NCBI GenBank assembly: GCA_030704615.1
Contig: CM060733.1
Coordinates: forward strand, 65,472,001 to 65,536,000
Length of the DNA stretch: 64,000 nucleotides
Reading direction: 5' to 3'
DNA from: Takakia lepidozioides
Lineage: Eukaryota; Plantae; Bryophyta
Positions 50,861-64,000 of this stretch are shown piece by piece. The number at the start of each line of letters is the position of its first letter. Position 1 is the first letter of the stretch. The translations under genes were made by a program, and so were the position numbers. The notes below the pieces were generated by a model. It did not search any database. It was not told where the DNA came from and saw only the letters and a list, made by a program, of their open reading frames with translations.

Positions 50861-51625
50861 TCACGTTGTCAATGGGACTTCGACTGCTCTCAGAACTAGC
50901 TCATGAGTCATGGGGCTCCTCCAAGTAAAGTCGATTGCAGCCGTTGTACCGCCCCTAGTGATGTTCACCACAATGTCCTGCCCTTCAATCATACCACCAT
51001 CGAATATGGAAATCTTCACGTTTTCGTCGTCCACACCAATGCGAATGTCCCCATACAATGGAGAAGAGGAGCGCACTCCTTCAGGAGAATAGGTCTCTCC
51101 GATGGAGTCCACCCACGTCCAGTGGCAGCAGTTCCACCGCAACAGCATAGCAGTGCGCCTTCTTCTGCATGGGTGACCGTCGTAGCTGGGAAAATCGGAA
51201 TCGAGGATGCGCAGGAGCCACGGACTCCTCAGACCAAGATCGTCACCCCGCTCGAAGGCGTAGTGGCCTTGGATATACTCAAAAGCCACCAATGTTTCCA
51301 CAATCGAACCAGTATCTTCTCTGTAATCTGTGTACCAGATAACAATGTCTCCCGATGTGGCCGAATACATTGCATAATCGATGCCTCCAAATGGGCAGTC
51401 GTCCCGGTTCCGGAAGCACGGCATCTTTGCAAAGGAGGACCTGAGGACGACTTGGATGCCGATGACCTTGCGGACAGCTACGAAGCCCTTAGATTTTGGA
51501 AATGATGCGAAGCGGAAGAGCAGTCCGGCCTCCAATAATGGAGCATCTGGGTCGCACGTACCCACCGACGGAGGTGGAACATGTTCATCACGCCAGCGGT
51601 GGATGAACCCATACATCTTTCTCAT
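50861..51625 (-). CDS. B2 unknown cargo protein 1 (open reading frame intact)
   Basis: ORF 50861-51691 is uninterrupted through all conserved motifs. Confidence 0.75.
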   Translation of the reverse strand: MRKMYGFIHRWRDEHVPPPSVGTCDPDAPLLEAGLLFRFASFPKSKGFVAVRKVIGIQVVLRSSFAKMPCFRNRDDCPFGGIDYAMYSATSGDIVIWYTDYREDTGSIVETLVAFEYIQGHYAFERGDDLGLRSPWLLRILDSDFPSYDGHPCRRRRTAMLLRWNCCHWTWVDSIGETYSPEGVRSSSPLYGDIRIGVDDENVKISIFDGGMIEGQDIVVNITRGGTTAAIDFTWRSPMTHELVLRAVEVPLTT

Positions 51626-51850
51626 CAACAAGTTATAGTTTGAGATCTGCCACCGAAGTCCATCCCCCCGGATGGAAATTCGGCGCCGCATTTACATCGA
51701 AGAGGGGATGGACTTCATCGTGTCCAGTGGCTATCGGCCCACCTGGCAGTGACTGCCCATAGTTTGCATGGCAGGGTAGGAAACTGAAACGGCTACATTC
51801 ATGCAGCAGCCAATCTTCATCGGTCCAGGATCCTGTAGGGGGAAATTTAA

Positions 51851-52547
51851 ATGTGCCCTGGAGTATTTGTGAGGAATTGCAGCGTTAGCTTGAACTTTTT
51901 CCAGCCACCGCGCTGCTCTTCCTCCATCCGGGAGCTGCTGTCATTGAGCGTACTCCGCTACTCTTTTTCAAGGATGCCGTGCCGCCGAAATCCAGCCGAC
52001 TGCCATTATCATGGCCACGATTATGCTATGTTCAAACCAGAATCAGGAGACATCATTGTCTGGCTCTCTGTTTTCACAGACTGGAATCAAGCAAGAGTCT
52101 TTGCGAGCAATGGAGTATCTGGAGGGCTATTACCGCTTTGAGCGAGGTGAGGGCGAGGGTCAATGCGGTCCGTGGGTCCTGAAAATTGTTGACCTCGATA
52201 TACCAAGCTGGAAAGGGATGCCGGACAGATCACGCACGGCCTCGCTTTGGCGCTGGAACTGCTGCCAGTGGACCAGGGAGGACGGCACCGGGGAAAACTA
52301 TATACGTGCAGATCACTCCGCTCTTCCAGTGTATGGAGACATTCGGCTGAGTTGCGAAGACGAATCGCACGGGCACATGAGGCCCACAGTGACCTTGTCA
52401 ATGTATGATGGTGGTATCATTGATGGACATGACATTGTCGTCGGCTCCAGCAAGGGCAGCAGAACGACCGCATTGCAGTTTACCTCGAGGTGCCGCAGCA
52501 GTAATGAGCTTGTTTTGAGGGGTATCGAAGTTCCGTCGACTTGGTGA
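51851..52547 (+). CDS. B2 unknown cargo protein 2 (frameshift near 52075)
   Basis: Two overlapping ORFs, 51851-52141 and 52011-52547, reconstruct the paralog. Confidence 0.7.
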
Positions 52548-52803
52548 AGCCCATGTAGAAGGAGGAAGGGCTTAGTTTTGTCTGCAGTTGGTAAATGTGA
52601 GACATCGTGTCCGATCAATAAACCCATCGTACCTCACTTCTGTATGATTGTGTTTCATTCTGTTGAATAACTGTCGGAATTGGCCCACTGTTTACAATTT
52701 GATGTCTCATTTGTACAATTTGTCTGTCCGGATGAATATACCAAAGTAATCGGTATGAGAGTCATGTGTCTAGAATATACCAGAGTAACGCCATGTCGGA
52801 CAT

Positions 52804-53590
52804 GGAAATGCGGCACCGCATTTCCATGTCGAACATTGGAATACAGTTCCGCATTTCCATGTCGGACAAGGAAATGCGGTGCCGCATTTCAGTGCCGACA
52901 TGGAAATGTATGAACCGCATTTCAGTGTCGGACAATGGAATGCGGTGCATCATTTCCGTCTAGGTACACGAAATAAATTGGACAAACATCGAGGTTGGCA
53001 TTGCAAATGCGGCGACGCATTTCCAGCTTGGCAATGGAAACTTCTTTTTTGACAAGGGAATGCGGTGCCAAATTTCCGTCCAACACTTTGAAAAGTGTGA
53101 CATTTCCGACCAGCGCGATGGAATGCGTTACCGCATTTCCGTGAGAGGGTCTGCAAATGGACAAATTGCGATGTCCGTTCTGGAAATGCGGCGCCGCATT
53201 TCCATGTCCGTCATCGACTTTTTTTTGACAATGGAATGCGTTGCCAATTTTTGCTGATGGGCCTGCAGTTCGAACAACGACCATCCCCAATGTGGAAATG
53301 CGGCACCGCATTTCCAATTCCGCCATCTCCACCTCCTTCTTCGACCTCCTTGTTCGACCTCTGTAAGCGTGGTGGCATCCATGCAATGAGCGGGAGAGGC
53401 CAAAACTGGCGTGTGGACAAAGGAAATTTTGGAAATGCGGCACCGCATTTTCAATCGGCCGATTACTTTTTACTATGCCAACATTGAAATGGAAAATTTA
53501 GTCCCTCCCCTCTTTTGGAAATGCGGTGCCGCATTTCCAAAAGAGGTTTTTAGAGTTGCCAAAATTTTGGAAATGCGGTGCCCCATTTCT
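52804..53590. repeat. B2 palindrome array 1
   Basis: GGAAATGCGG-NN-CCGCATTTCC copies. Confidence 0.9.
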
Positions 53591-53725
53591 GATTTTGGGA
53601 GCGTCGTGGTTTGGGCGATTGTGTGGCTGGAATGCACACTGGAGAGGGTCACGAATGTCGGGGAGAATTTCCTTTATATACTCTGGAAGAGAATTTACAT
53701 TTACAGAGACTTCATTAAAATTCTA

Positions 53726-56700
53726 TTAATCTTGAAAATCATCCGAATCCTCATCCTGTTCTAGACTGTCCTGCTCCGCCTCCACCCCCTCAGTGCCTTT
53801 CTCATCTCCAGCGGACTGCTCGTTGGCCAGGCTTTCGAAAATCCCATCTTCCCCTTGCGGAACTGTCCATCTCACCTCCGTTGGGTCGTCTTCCTCCCTG
53901 TCTGCGTCGCTCTCATCCGCTGAATCACATATGTACTTTCGTACCCGTCTACCTGTCTGAGCTGCTGCCAACTCTTTCCTTATCCTTCTGTCCTCCCTAG
54001 CCCTCTCCAAAATCTGCTCTACTTTACTGGGATTCTCACTTCTTCTAATCGCTGTATTTGCGAGTTTAGCTGCATAACTAGGAAGGGAGTAGTCCCTCAC
54101 CGGGCTCGTCATGAAGTCGGCCCTCGCAAAGAACGGGACATTCTTCCTGGCAGGAAGTGTAGGCCCTACATGTTTCGACCCGGACCCTGCAATCCTGCAC
54201 ATGACAATCATCAACGAGACTAATGAGAACCACAGTCGGAAATTCGTTTGACAAAAATGACCCAGAAGGCTTTGCAAACTTACAATGTTTGCACTCACTC
54301 GTATTCCGGGTTCTCCTCCGCATCAATGTCCACTGTGTCTTCCTCGGACTCCGACGAATCCGAGAGTCCGCTCTGTCGGGAGCCTTAACATTCCGTTGCA
54401 GCCCTTCCAGATGGGATCCCCACACGGATGAATCCTCCTCGTAGGCAAAGAGGTGCCGGTCGGAAAACCGCCCAGCCCACATTGAGGCACCTGTTACAAT
54501 GCCATCCACACATTACAACATGGCGCTTCAGATGTTGCGAACTACATCCTAACGAGAATTTGCAGAACAGCATAGATCAAGATTCTGCATACCTGTCCCA
54601 CAGATGAGGTCGAGCACTGTGCCCTCCACGTCTGTGCATGTCTCCATAATTGTCTGAATGAAGGCAGGGCTCCGAGTCCGTGAGTACCGCAGGGGTTCCG
54701 TTGAAGTGAGGCTATGAGGGAGAAGTTCCTTGGGAACGTTGTTGAACAGAACGTCGTAATCGAGGGGGTCGCAGTTCGGGTCAACCTTTCCTCCCTCCTT
54801 CCGGAAAGCAAAGGTGGAGTTCTCCTTCACAAAGCAGTATGCATCGAACTGCTTCGTCTGCATACACAGGGGGGAACGATTAGAAACCGAATGCGGCACC
54901 GCATTTGAAAACACCCAAGCAAATGAATGGACGAGTGCCAGTGTCGTAATCACCTTCTTCCCTTCCGACCGAAGGCCCAGTGTGTTGATGCACGTCCACT
55001 TCTTTTTCAGAATCGGGACGGCGCTCTTGCGGGTCCACTTCGCAATTCCTGTCTGAGTGTTTTTTCCTCTGCTCGCCAGGACAACCACACAGCCTCTGTC
55101 GTCCAACACCATGCGGGCAAGCCCGAATCCTTTCTTCCAAAAGTCCTCCGAGTACCTGTTCCAAGATGGCAAAGCTTGCAGTCCTTCCACAGGCTCTCCG
55201 TCCGGAATATCCAAGATGATCATATCGCAAGACCACTCGGTGGCATTTCCGCCCCTCCTACAATCCTTGTCTGCACACACCCTCTCAAAGAACGAGACCA
55301 TATTCTGAAATCCTGGGGTGTCGGAAGGCTCTTCGGCAGTCGCCTTCTTCAGTGCTCTGCCCTTCAGACCCTCCATGGTCTTCATGTATGCCAACTTGGC
55401 TGCCCGTCCATCCAAAGCCGCCAAGAAACTCTCATTTACACACTGGACTACTGTTTCGGGAGCCACTTTGGCCTCTTCATTTCCACCGGCTCGAAAGGGT
55501 GCCCCCCTGGGGGTTGAAGAGTGCCTTCTTTGCCGAGCCAGTTCTCGTGCCTCTCGTGACAACGGTGGGCACAGGGGAGGCAGCCTGCGTTTGGGCTGGT
55601 TGCAAAGTCTCCATCGGAGTCCTCTTCTTCGACCCCTTCTGTTGGGCCTGCACAGCTGCATCCACCGTCTTTTGTGCCATCTCAGCTGCCTTTCTGGATT
55701 CTTCCAGAGCAGCAGATTCCTTTGCCGACTTTGGCCCAGCAGGGACACGTCTTTCCTTTCTCTTCTCTTCTGCCAAGGCGTGCAGATCTTTCTCAGACTC
55801 GTCAACAATACCGCCAGACATATCCAGGTACCAGGGGCATCCAACGAGATGCGCGGGATGCCATTGTTTCTGCATCTCGGGTGTGTAGACACAGCTTGGG
55901 CCCGCCACGGTCCAAGCCATGAAGAACGGGGGCTCTTGAGCCAGGGCCCCTGTCTGAAGGAGCACGTATTTCATATACCTGCAGGGCAGTCAGCATGCGT
56001 GAGCATAAGATTGGACGAACCTACTCGCAGAGTGCCACCGAAAACATAAAATGCGAATGCGGTGCCGCATTTCCGAGACAAACCTCGTAACCAGGCTTCG
56101 CATACAAGGGCAGCTGTGCTTCACCTGTAAACAATTCGCATTGCAGCTTTCCCCGCTCCCTCCTGATGTGTAAACTCCACGCTCCTTCTTGCTGTCTGTA
56201 GCTCTCTGGCGAAAAGGTTGTCCTTGTACGCACATCTGAAACGTGTCACGTAGTCTTCCAATGTCTGTGTTCCATCCCATTTGACGTACAAGCCGAACGA
56301 ATTTGTGTGCATTACGACTTGCTCCTTCGCATTCGACATTACCTGCGATTCCCAAATGCATTGTCACGTAGCAGTTCAGGGAATTCATTTCAGAAAAGCA
56401 AATCTGGGGAAGTACCTTGAATTACCTGGAACCACCAAGTCATGCGGTTGAGCCACACATCCACTGCAGGGTCGGAAACTTCCAGTGGAAAAGACCACAT
56501 TGTCCTTATGCTCTCGGATGCATTCCAGATCGACAGCCACCGTGTCTGCCATTTCCGATCCAATGTCAGGAGCTGGAAGAGAGTGGCTATTGCTAGGAAG
56601 GAACTTCAGTGCATTGAAACCTCACCTTCTCTTTCGCCTCACACATGCCGTTGAGAGGTGATGCAGTTTCTCCAATTGCATGGTCGGCTGCATGGCCCGA

Positions 56701-58749
56701 GAATAGTGTTTTGCAATCTCGGGGATGAAGTCCTTTCCAAGTGCCGGATCTGCAATTGCCACCAGCTTCACAAGCTTTGACTTGTATTTGGTTCTGGACT
56801 TGACACCGGCTTCCTTCAAGTGCTCAGTCAATGACTGCAACGTTTTGACCTGCCCCTCACTTTCCATGAAGAAGCGTTTGGCATGGGCCAAATCCAGCTT
56901 GATGTTTGACTGCCAACAAAAACATGCAGAAGCGTTACATTCGATTCATGTGGAAAGATTACTGGAAATTTCAATAAAAGGATGAGCAGAGGGAAATTGG
57001 AGGACGACTTACTTCGTATATCACCTCCACCATTCCATCCATAGTGAGACGATACCATGTCCGGTCATTTTTGCACGGCTTTCTGAATGAGCTCGGGCTC
57101 CAGCATTTCCGCAAACATCTGCGGATCAGTGAGACCAGTTTTCCTCACCCTGTACAGCATATGTGCCATGTGGGTATGCACGTACGCATTTTCAGTGACC
57201 CTGCAAGGCACACTCTCCAGTTCAGTACACGAAAGCACGGAAACAAACAGATTGGAAACCGAAATGCGGCACCGCATTTCGAACGTGCTAGGGAGGGTAT
57301 GAGTATCTTACGAGTTGAGGTCCGCCATGGCATTCTTGAGCAGGAGGAGTCTGCCGCCTTCACCTTGAGGATGACACACTCCACCATGTAATGCCAGCCA
57401 ATGTGCTTGGCATGGTTCTGCTTGATGTACTCCCACCAGGCGAGAAGTCGGTGATTCCCGTCCCACACAAAGAACATTTTACCCGACATATGGCCGAAGT
57501 CTGGATCACCCTTCAGCGTCGCCTCGAATTCGTTGTTGCGAGTGTGCCAGTGGGTATCCCACGTTGACAATTCATCGGCAGTGGGTCCACGAGTTTCGCC
57601 GTCCTCATTCTCAATGGAAACGTAAAACGCTGCCGATCCCAGACGGTACCCTTCTCGAAATGCGAACTTGAGCTTATCCACATCTCCGGGAAGGGCCTGC
57701 CTGACGATGGGAAGGGAGACCATGCGACAGAGTGGGATTCGAAGAGTCCGCTGGAATACCCTGCTGCCCAGAACTCTGCCAATGCTACTGTGTGTCTCCT
57801 CCAACATTTTATCCGCTGCACTTTTGAAATCCTCCGGAGACATGTCTGTAGGTGCCGGTAGTGGCTGAGCAGCTGGAGCATCCTCAACTGGAGCTGCACT
57901 CTGGGGCCTGTCTGCGGGCAATTCTGCCATTGCAGAGGCCTCCTCCGGGCCTGCTTGCTCATCGGTGGTGAGGTCTTGCTGCGAACGTTGAGCGGCAGCA
58001 CCCTCCTCCGGTACCAAATCGACAGAAACGGTCGATCCCATTGCCTTCGCTGCAGCAGAGTCGGCCCCAACATCTGCAGGCGGGAAATCCTCCAGGAACT
58101 GAGCTTCAGCTCGTGGAAGCGGTTTTGCGGGAGATTGTTCGGCCGTCGCCCTGATTGCCTTCTGCTTCCTCATCCTTGCAGGTGAAGGTGTCTGCTGCAA
58201 TTGAATCTGTCTTTTACTAGGCTGCTTCATTCGCGTTGGTGGGGGTGAATCGGCCTGAGCCGGTTCAGAAACCAGTAGAGGGACGGGCTGCTTCTTCTTC
58301 TTCGACTTTGCTGGAGAAGGGCCCGACCCCTGCTGGCGATTCTCCATGACCGAAGAACGCGAGTCGATCTCTGGGGCTTTGAACTTGCCCTTCGAAGCCG
58401 CGTCTTGAAACGCACAGGGCTAGGCCCGGCAGGAATACCCGCGCTCGGGGATCGGGTGGGTGTACGTGCTGCAGCTAGCTCCTCGGACTCTTCCTGCGGC
58501 TCTTCGGATTCCTGCGATCCCTCCAGCACGTCCACCTTTCCTGTTAGGCATGCAAACATGTTCTGCATTCAAGTCTCCTAGCATTCAGTCTAAGAATTAC
58601 AGAAGCAAAATGGGGGGTTCGGTGCTCGATCAGCTGCGCGCAGCCCGATCGCATGGAGCTCTCACTGGTGGCTGGGTTGCCTGAGTGGCCTGCTGCTCGG
58701 AGATGGCAATCTCCTCCTGTAGACGCATCTGCTTCCTCCCCTTCGGCAT
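53726..58749 (-). CDS. B2 ParB-like / N4-N6 DNA methyltransferase-like multi-exon gene
   Basis: ORF 57145-58347 carries the intact ParB-like domain (…WDGNHRLLAW); ORF 54549-55892 carries DIPDG and VLDLICGTG. Confidence 0.75.
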
Positions 58750-59180
58750 TGGCCTACGTCCGAAGTATAATTTTCGGAGCTTGCGACGAGGTCTCCTGTA
58801 TGGTGCACGAAATCCCCCCCTCTCAGGTTCGAGCATAAGAAGAACAGAGACAGGGAAAAGGGGCAAAGAGTGCAGATGGAAAGGGCGCGAGAGGGGTGAC
58901 TGAGGAGACACGACAAAAGTAGATGAAACGGCGGTGATGCACCACTTGGGTTCGAAAGGGTTGGACGAAAGTGTCTCCTCGTGGACTTTGCGTCATTACG
59001 AAATTCGAATCGTTCAGGGTACGCCTGCCGTCCGAAAAACAAACATCATTATCCAACGGTCAGGCCGCGCCGCCTCATGCCACTTCAGTCAGATAGAGTG
59101 CAGACATGTGCCGCAATTCCGTTGCTCCACGTGTTCACATTTCAAGGCATTTCCGTCCCAGCGTCTGATGAGTTGGAGTG

Positions 59181-60731
59181 AAAATGCGAATGCGGCGCCG
59201 CATTTCCGTTAAGTACCATCACGAAGCTACACATCCGTACTTGTTGGAAGAAAATGCGGCACCGCATTTCCGTTCCACCTTCACATACCTTAGTTGTTGA
59301 ACGGAAATACGGTGCCGCATTTCCGTCCCACAGCTCCATGTATGAGATACAAAAGGGAAATGCGGCGCCGCATTTCCGTTCTGGAATGTCGAAAGGTGCG
59401 ATTCGGACGGAAATGCGGCACAACATTTCAGTTCCCGTGGTTCATGATTTTCAATCTGAACGAAATGCGGTACCGCATTTCCGTTCCCCCTTCACATACG
59501 CAGTTGATGAACGGAAATGCCGTGCCACATTTCCGTTCGGGAAAGTATAGAGGTCTCACCTGAACAGAAATGCGGTGCCGCATTTCCGTCTGGAAAGTTT
59601 GAAGGTCTCACATGGATGGAAATGCGGCACCACATTTCCGTCCCACAGCTCCAGGCCCGTATACAAAACGAAATGCGGCGCCGCATTTCCGTTCTAGAAT
59701 GTCGGAAGGTGCGACTCGGACGGAAATGCGGACCGCATTTTGTTCCCGTTGTTCACGATTTTCAGTCAGAACGGAAATGCGGTACCGCATTTCCGTTCTG
59801 TAGAGTATTAAGGTCTGACCCTGGCGGAAATGCGGTGCCGCATTTTCGTTCCACAGCTCCATGCCTCACATACAAAACGGAAATGCGGCGCCGCATTTCC
59901 GTTTTGGAATGTCGGAAGGTGCGACTCCGACGGAAATGCGGTACCGCATTTCAGTTCCGATGTTTCACGATTTTTCATCAGACGGAAATGCGGTGCCGCA
60001 TTTGCCGTTCTGGAATGTTGGGAGGTGCGACTCGGATGGAAATGCGCTGCCGCATTTCAGTTCCGATGGTTCACGATTTTCAGTCAGAACGGAAATGCGG
60101 CACCGCATTTCCGTTCTGGATAGTATGAATGTTTCAACCGTCGGAATTGCACTCGGCTCCATGCATCAGATACAAAATGGAAATGCGGCGCCGCATTTCC
60201 GTTCTGGAATGTCGGAAAGTGCGACTCGGACGGAAATGCGGTGCCGCATTTCTGTTCCATTGTTCATAATTCTCAATCAGAACGGAAATGCGGTACCGCA
60301 TTTCCGTTCCACCTTCACATACCGTGCTTTTTGGATGGAAATACGTTACCGCCGCATTTCCGTTCTGGAGAGTTTAAGGTCTCACCCGGGCGGATATGCG
60401 GTGCCGCATTTCCGTCTGGAATGTCGGAAAGTGCCACTCGGACGGAAATGCGGTGCCGCATTTCTGTTCCCTTTGTTCATGATTCTCAATCAGAACGGAA
60501 ATGCGGTACCGCATTTCCGTTCCACCTTCACATACCGTGCTTGCTGATGGAAATGCGTTACCGCATTTCCGTTCCACCTTCACATACCGTGCTTGCTGGA
60601 TGGAAATGCGTTACCGCATTTCCGTTCTGGAGAGTATAAAGGTTTCCCCCGGACGGAAACTCGGTGCCGCATTTCCGTCGCTCTGGTGCATGACCAAGAT
60701 GCAATACGGAAATGCGGCGCCGTATTTCCGT
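59181..60731. repeat. B2 palindrome array 2 (~29 units by manual count, ~52-53 bp period)
   Basis: Regularly spaced 22-bp palindromes; longer and more regular than the B1 counterpart. Confidence 0.95.
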
Positions 60732-61147
60732 CCACCAGCAATCGAAAGAATCACTCGGGACGGGAAATTCTGGAACCTGAATGGGTTGCATTGTTCCGAA
60801 ACAACACAATTGCGGCCAGTCTTGATGAGCACAACTTGGTTGTCTGACCGTTTTAACTAACAGTACTGGCACTTGTCAGTGCGAACGTTCCTGTCTGCAC
60901 CGAGAATACTGCTGGATCCACCCTCAGGAGAAACTGTCAGGAGATGTTATTTCGTCGCCGAATCGGCCATCATTGTCTATCTTACTGGCTATGGAATCAC
61001 ACCTCCCACCTTCATGCATGTAGCTTGAAACAATACTTTCCACTTCAATGTGCGACTTCCAATCGTCGATGGACTCCGCATGGTGCCTGTGAGCCTTGGT
61101 CTGTCGCTATACTGAACCTCGCACTTGCCAACTTCGTGCGGTGTTCG

Positions 61148-64000
61148 ATGGCTCCGAATTCCTACGCTATAGTTTGCTGTCCTCCGCAACTTGGGAGAGC
61201 CTGGATCCCAAACGAGGGAGGACTTTGCAGAGTGACTGAAACTTACCTTTGTTCCAAATTCAAGCTCAAACCGGGCACAGTTTATTTGGAAGAAGAAAGG
61301 AAGGATGTTCCTGGACAGGTTGACGAGACCATTGTCGTGCTAGGTAACGACGGAGGTTGCGGAATCGAATGGCACGTACCCCCATCAGACACCATCCTGT
61401 ACCGAGCTGTGGGAATGCCCATTCCCTTTCCGAATCAGTCGCTGCCCACACCATCCACAAAGGAGTCCGGAAACCGACAGGCGGCCACTGCCAACAGAGA
61501 GGTATGCAACGATAATCATTCCCGACCTGGACCGTCAAGACCCTCCATAGCTTCTCGTGTGGACGTATTCGACATTTCCGACGAGGAAGATGATTGCATT
61601 GAGGTACCCATGTCCTCCACACACGGTCGTTCAAATCCGGCATGGACGTCTCTGTAGGTGCTACGCATGTGCCCTCGAGCATAACTAACTCCAACCCGGT
61701 CCATTGTGCAGCTCCTACGACAAGATGGTTCTCGCTCCGAGCTGGCTGCTCTCGACTATGCCAAATTCCAGTCAGAAAGGTAACGTTTCTGCCTCCCGAA
61801 GTCGATGGCAATGTCATCTTCGAGTTTCCACCTGTCTTCTTTCGTCGTCAAACAAAGCCTCCGGGATGTTAACAGACATGGATCGAAAGCATGACGGACA
61901 CCCCTGGTGTGTGACGAAGACCAGTAGCACGAAAAATTGCTGATGGTGTTCGTGTACGATATGTCCTCTGTGCGGGGAAGCTGAGGTGCCTCAATCCCAC
62001 CTGCTTCCACTTTCTCTCCAAAGGAGGGCGGAGAAACGAGACGGATTGGACTGGCACAACGCATCATCCATTCATTGTCTCCAGCCAAGCTCCTGCGGGT
62101 TCTTTCAAGTGTGCACATTGCAAAGAACCACCGACGTGCATGTCCATGTGCAGAGCCAAGCAATATTACGTAATCCATTTGCTCCCGGACTTGACTAGAG
62201 CTTGCATACACGTTGGGGTCCACTGCCACCCCTTGGCGAGAGGCAACATGCGTGAGGCTGTGCAGGAAGCACACGACATCATAAAAGAGGAGGTGAAATT
62301 GAGCCCCGGAGCCAGACCAAAGCAGATTCAGCTGAAGGCAGCCCACAAGATTGCTCTTGGCAAAATCATGTCTGAAGATGGTTCCGACCGAGAGCCCTTG
62401 ACCGAAGACGAGATGCGTGACCTCTTGGAGTCCGTCTCGCACGTTTGTAGTCCGAATGTGCGGAATCACATCGTATCTTGCAAGCAGGAGTTCGGCAGGG
62501 GGTCGGACATGTACTCAATCCTGGAGGTGAAACGAATGACTGGATATGACTACATCCAAGGTAGCAGGTTTCCAGGGCAAGGCAGCAATCCGATCGTTGT
62601 TACATTTTATTTTCAAAATGTCGACGTGTGGGCCTGGGAGTGGAGTCGACTTGGTCACTCGCATGACAACTGGAAACTTGTCGAATGCTTGGGTGATGTT
62701 TGATCACATCAAGCGAATTACAAACCATCAGTGGGTGACTATGGGTGCGCATGTTTATGACTATCACTCCAAGAGGCTCATGACGATTGCAATCTGCAAG
62801 ATGAAAGGGGAGGACACACAGTCCGAGATGCATCTGTGGGAGGGCATAAACGAGCAGATGGCAAGGGCGGGATTGCCAGAGCCCAATTTCAGGGGATTCA
62901 TGGCAGACAACGCTCAGGCCAACTGGGCAGCGGTGCGGCGTGTGTACGGTGAGGACCCCAATGTTCCAATGGAGGGAAAGAGAGATCCTGTGGATTCCAT
63001 TGGATGCAGAGTCTATCCCACTACACTACCAAATTTGTTGCTAGCTCATTCCAGCTGAACACCGTGTCCTTTGTACGGCGTGGAAGGATGCACCCACATT
63101 TGATGACGCGGAGGTTAAGTTTGCTATCATCGAGGCTTGGTGGAACACGTCAGGTGCAGTGGAGACAACCAATCTGGGAGCATTGCACAGCTGGTTGGGG
63201 TGGTGGCATTTTCGGTATCGACAGTTCGGACAGTACATGCGGGAGGTAGGCTGCTGTCATTTTCGTTCATTTATCTTTCTGTTACGGACATTTCGATTGG
63301 TCCCTCACCATTGTTTGTGTCCTTCTAGGAGCGGTGCTTGGATTCCGACACGGACATGCCAAACACGAATATGGCAGAATCGGTCCACTCCTCCTGGCAA
63401 GCGTCTTCTGCCGCACATCTGGTGGACGTAGTGACGGCCACAACGGAGGACATCGACAGAGCAATCATGCAGCAAGCCACGTACTACAAGTTCCTGAGCG
63501 GCAAACAATGGGGCTTTGGGCCGGACGGGAGGAATTGTTGGTACGAACAGCTTCGAGGTCCAAGAATCCACTGAAATGGGCGACAGCATTGCGAGAGAAG
63601 ATCAAAGGGACGCCTCTGCACCGCAGAGGTGAACACCTAGAGGGGGACGTCCGGACTCGCCTATCAGGCGGAGGATTGAAGAGGAACCCGGGTGCGAAGA
63701 GGATTCTTGGAGATCCGACAGGAACATTCGGACAGCACCTCGAGTCCCGTCATGTTGCCCGCACAATGTGTCTTCCAGCAGTGGAAGCCCAAGAAATTCC
63801 AGATCGCCGTCGCCTTCAACCGGGGATTTCGTGCGAGAAATTCCACCGCTCCCTTGCCCCAGATTCCGCCCGTTGTTATGCAGTATGGCCAAGCCATTTG
63901 GAGACGACTGTGTCTGCATCACAGTGGAGATTGCTCGCACAAAGCCGTCGTTCGAGGAAGGTGTTCCGCAATTCGTGTGGATACACGGCAACGTTGTTTA
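61148..64000 (+). CDS. B2 GCM-MULE transposase (frameshifted; truncated by the window end)
   Basis: MAPNSYAIVCC..., HDGHPWC, WVMFDHIKR, FMADNAQAN, PNTNMAESVH. Confidence 0.88.

Larger units (their letters stand above)
50398..64000. mobile_element. Element B2: near-identical second copy of B1, same orientation, runs off the window
   Basis: Starts GGGGGCTGCTATTTCATGAGC at 50398 and is collinear with 22943-~36010. Confidence 0.95.

Noticed and set aside
59181-60731. CRISPR array (palindromic repeats with ~30-bp spacers; also 31637-32727)
   Set aside because: Spacers recur as a few classes in higher-order repeats rather than being unique; no cas genes; eukaryotic TE context.

Overview
Eukaryotic nuclear DNA from a land plant, with spliceosomal introns; the gene style suggests a non-seed plant such as a bryophyte or hornwort, which is inference. 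Bases 1-18.4 kb hold two host genes on the minus strand: the 5' exons of plastid Clp subunit ClpR4 and a complete 6-exon type-B cytokinin response regulator. Interspersed TE relics are a LINE 3' end, a long-TIR element with an 8-bp TSD, a CRE-like RLE retroelement fragment, a truncated Mutator-like element and a degenerate Helitron (PIF1 + Ulp1-like protease). From about 19 kb to the end is a nested cluster of large Mutator-like DNA transposons, labelled A, B1, C, D and B2 here. The best-preserved one (B1, 22943-37614, ~14.7 kb, 8-bp TSD; near-identical copy B2 from 50398) carries four components: (i) a GCM-type zinc-finger + MULE DDE + SWIM transposase; (ii) a divergently transcribed, intron-containing gene fusing a ParB/Srx-like domain (DGNHR) to a beta-class N4/N6 DNA-methyltransferase-like domain; (iii) a divergent pair of paralogous small genes of unknown function; and (iv) long, helically phased arrays of a 22-bp palindrome GGAAATGCGG-NN-CCGCATTTCC. 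Related elements carry the same gene types but their own distinct palindrome or hairpin arrays. This combination of cargo genes and cognate arrays is the candidate undescribed system. Many frameshifts differ between B1 and B2 and may be long-read assembly errors.
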